Assembly: GCA_964036045.1 (NCBI GenBank)
Contig: OZ038378.1
Coordinates: 11,594,001-11,658,000 of the forward strand
Origin: Eutreptiella sp. 'Long Island Sound 2002'
Taxonomy: Eukaryota; Protista; Euglenida
DNA length: 64,000 nucleotides
Reading direction: 5' to 3'
The position numbers were made by a program, and so were the translations under genes. Under the pieces are notes generated by a model. The model saw only the letters and a list, made by a program, of their open reading frames with translations, was not told where the DNA came from and did no database searches. Below, in pieces: positions 62,896 to 64,000 of the stretch; within the stretch, counting starts at the first letter, position 1, and every line of letters begins with the position of its first letter.

Positions 62896-64000
62896 TAACC
62901 AAAAATATGATCCCATAAGCACACAGCCACATGGCACACATGCATCTGCAACGCATTCTGATTTCTGAGCCTTAATGTATGTTACTCCCTTCACTCTTTG
63001 AAACTAAACAGCGACAGACGGGGTAAGGCCGAATGAGTGCCATGCTTTGCAGCCCAGTCAGCTCGCATGTGACACAGTGAATGCAGTCCACATTTATGGA
63101 CGACTGCTTATATTGATCCAGGTTGTTCGCTAGAGTCGGCAGCAAAGGACAAGCACACAAGTGACCCACGGAGCTAACCGCAACGCCTCGCTGTATTTTA
63201 CATAGTGGAGCACCCCAACCAAGAAGGGGACACGTGCATTGATTGGATTTCGCAGTACTGCTGGACTAATGGCTGGAATTGTCTATGGCGGGGACATTCA
63301 GTCTATCAGAACCGACCATTGATCCCCCTGTGTGACATTCCCCCTCCTCCTACGAGGAGGGGGGGTACCCTCCCTCCTCCTACGCTGTACGGCCGTTCGA
63401 ATACATCCCTGGTCATGCCTTTCGGCTGCAACCCTCTTCTATTGTTGTATTATTTGGTGTGAGTTGCAACCGTTTGTGACCGTCGTCTCTCGGCGGGTCT
63501 CTGATTTTGTGGTGCGGGGTGACGGGCTATCACACCGCAAGCGAAGGATGGGGCACACGGACTCACAACCATTTCCTGTGTGCCATGCTGCAAGAATATT
63601 TTTCGGGGTGAATTTCCTGCTCCATCCTCCACCACTGAACCCTTACAAAGGCAAAATTGATTTGATGGGGGTCGGTAGCTGCCATGAATCCGTTGCCGCA
63701 TGCTCGATGATGTGTACGTACATTGGACGGGTACCCGATATGTTGCCCGGGCGGTGCCATCCCAGCCCTCTTGCAAGGGCGTCATCGTTGCCTTGCACCA
63801 CTGTGCTTGAGAACAGGAACATCCTTCCGGAAGAATCTGTTACCATTGCCGCCGCACCTCATCAATCTCCTTGTGCCCAGTCTCCCACAGCCTGCGGTGC
63901 CGCAGGAAATTACAACGCACGCTCTCCACCCAATGTGTGACACACCATCTGTTCAAAGTCGGCCTTTCTCCTGCGTCACATCGCATCCAGCCCTAGGGCC

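Larger units (their letters stand above)
55563..63323 (+). mobile_element. Near full-length L1/Tx1-like LINE with RNase H; 3' boundary is either ~62650 or 63323
   Basis: ORF1 and EN-RT-RNH ORF2 lie between two copies of CCCCCTGTGTGACA (55549-55562 and 63324-63337). No poly(A) tail is visible. Confidence 0.88.
55397..63411. mobile_element. hAT-type MITE split by a 7.8-kb insertion (MITE parts 55397-55562 and 63324-63411)
   Basis: 12-bp TIR CAGGGATGTATT (55397-55408) / AATACATCCCTG (63400-63411). Exact 8-bp TSD GTCATGCC at 55389-55396 and 63412-63419. An 8-bp TSD with CAG ends is typical of hAT. Confidence 0.9.

Noticed and set aside
62972-63169. Candidate first exon of the bicupin gene (MALIRPYPVCR...) or a ferredoxin-like CIHCVTC
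   Set aside because: No donor in the phase needed for the best acceptor at 55161, and the motif is too short. It also lies inside the MITE/LINE block.

Overview
Repeat-rich, intron-containing eukaryotic DNA with no operons, rRNA or CRISPR. The repeat families resemble what I associate with euglenid genomes such as Eutreptiella, but that assignment is from memory and unverified. Host genes: (i) the last two exons of a monoglyceride-lipase-like alpha/beta hydrolase (+, 4855-6347); (ii) a probable intronless Lys/Glu-rich zinc-ribbon gene (-, 25115-25903); (iii) a two-cupin-domain gene rebuilt by hand from six in-phase GT-AG exons over ~19 kb (-, 36388-55160; its 5' exon was not found). Most of the rest is mobile DNA. 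Two young elements stand out. The first is an apparently intact 6.5-kb KDZ (Kyakuja-Dileera-Zisupton)-type DNA transposon (38131-44615). It has 24-bp inverted repeats, a 7-bp target duplication whose empty site is visible nearby, and a transposase split by uniformly short introns. The second is a near-intact LINE (ORF1, then EN-RT-RNase H ORF2 with one in-frame TAG). It is nested inside an 8-bp-TSD hAT-type MITE and flanked by a 14-bp duplication that is also the end of another repeat family. Its ORF2 stop codon lies inside a tRNA-like sequence, followed by a second, convergent tRNA-like sequence. Older LINE, KDZ, hAT and tyrosine-recombinase relics, tandem repeats and microsatellites fill the remainder. 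All family assignments are motif recognition by eye, not database searches.
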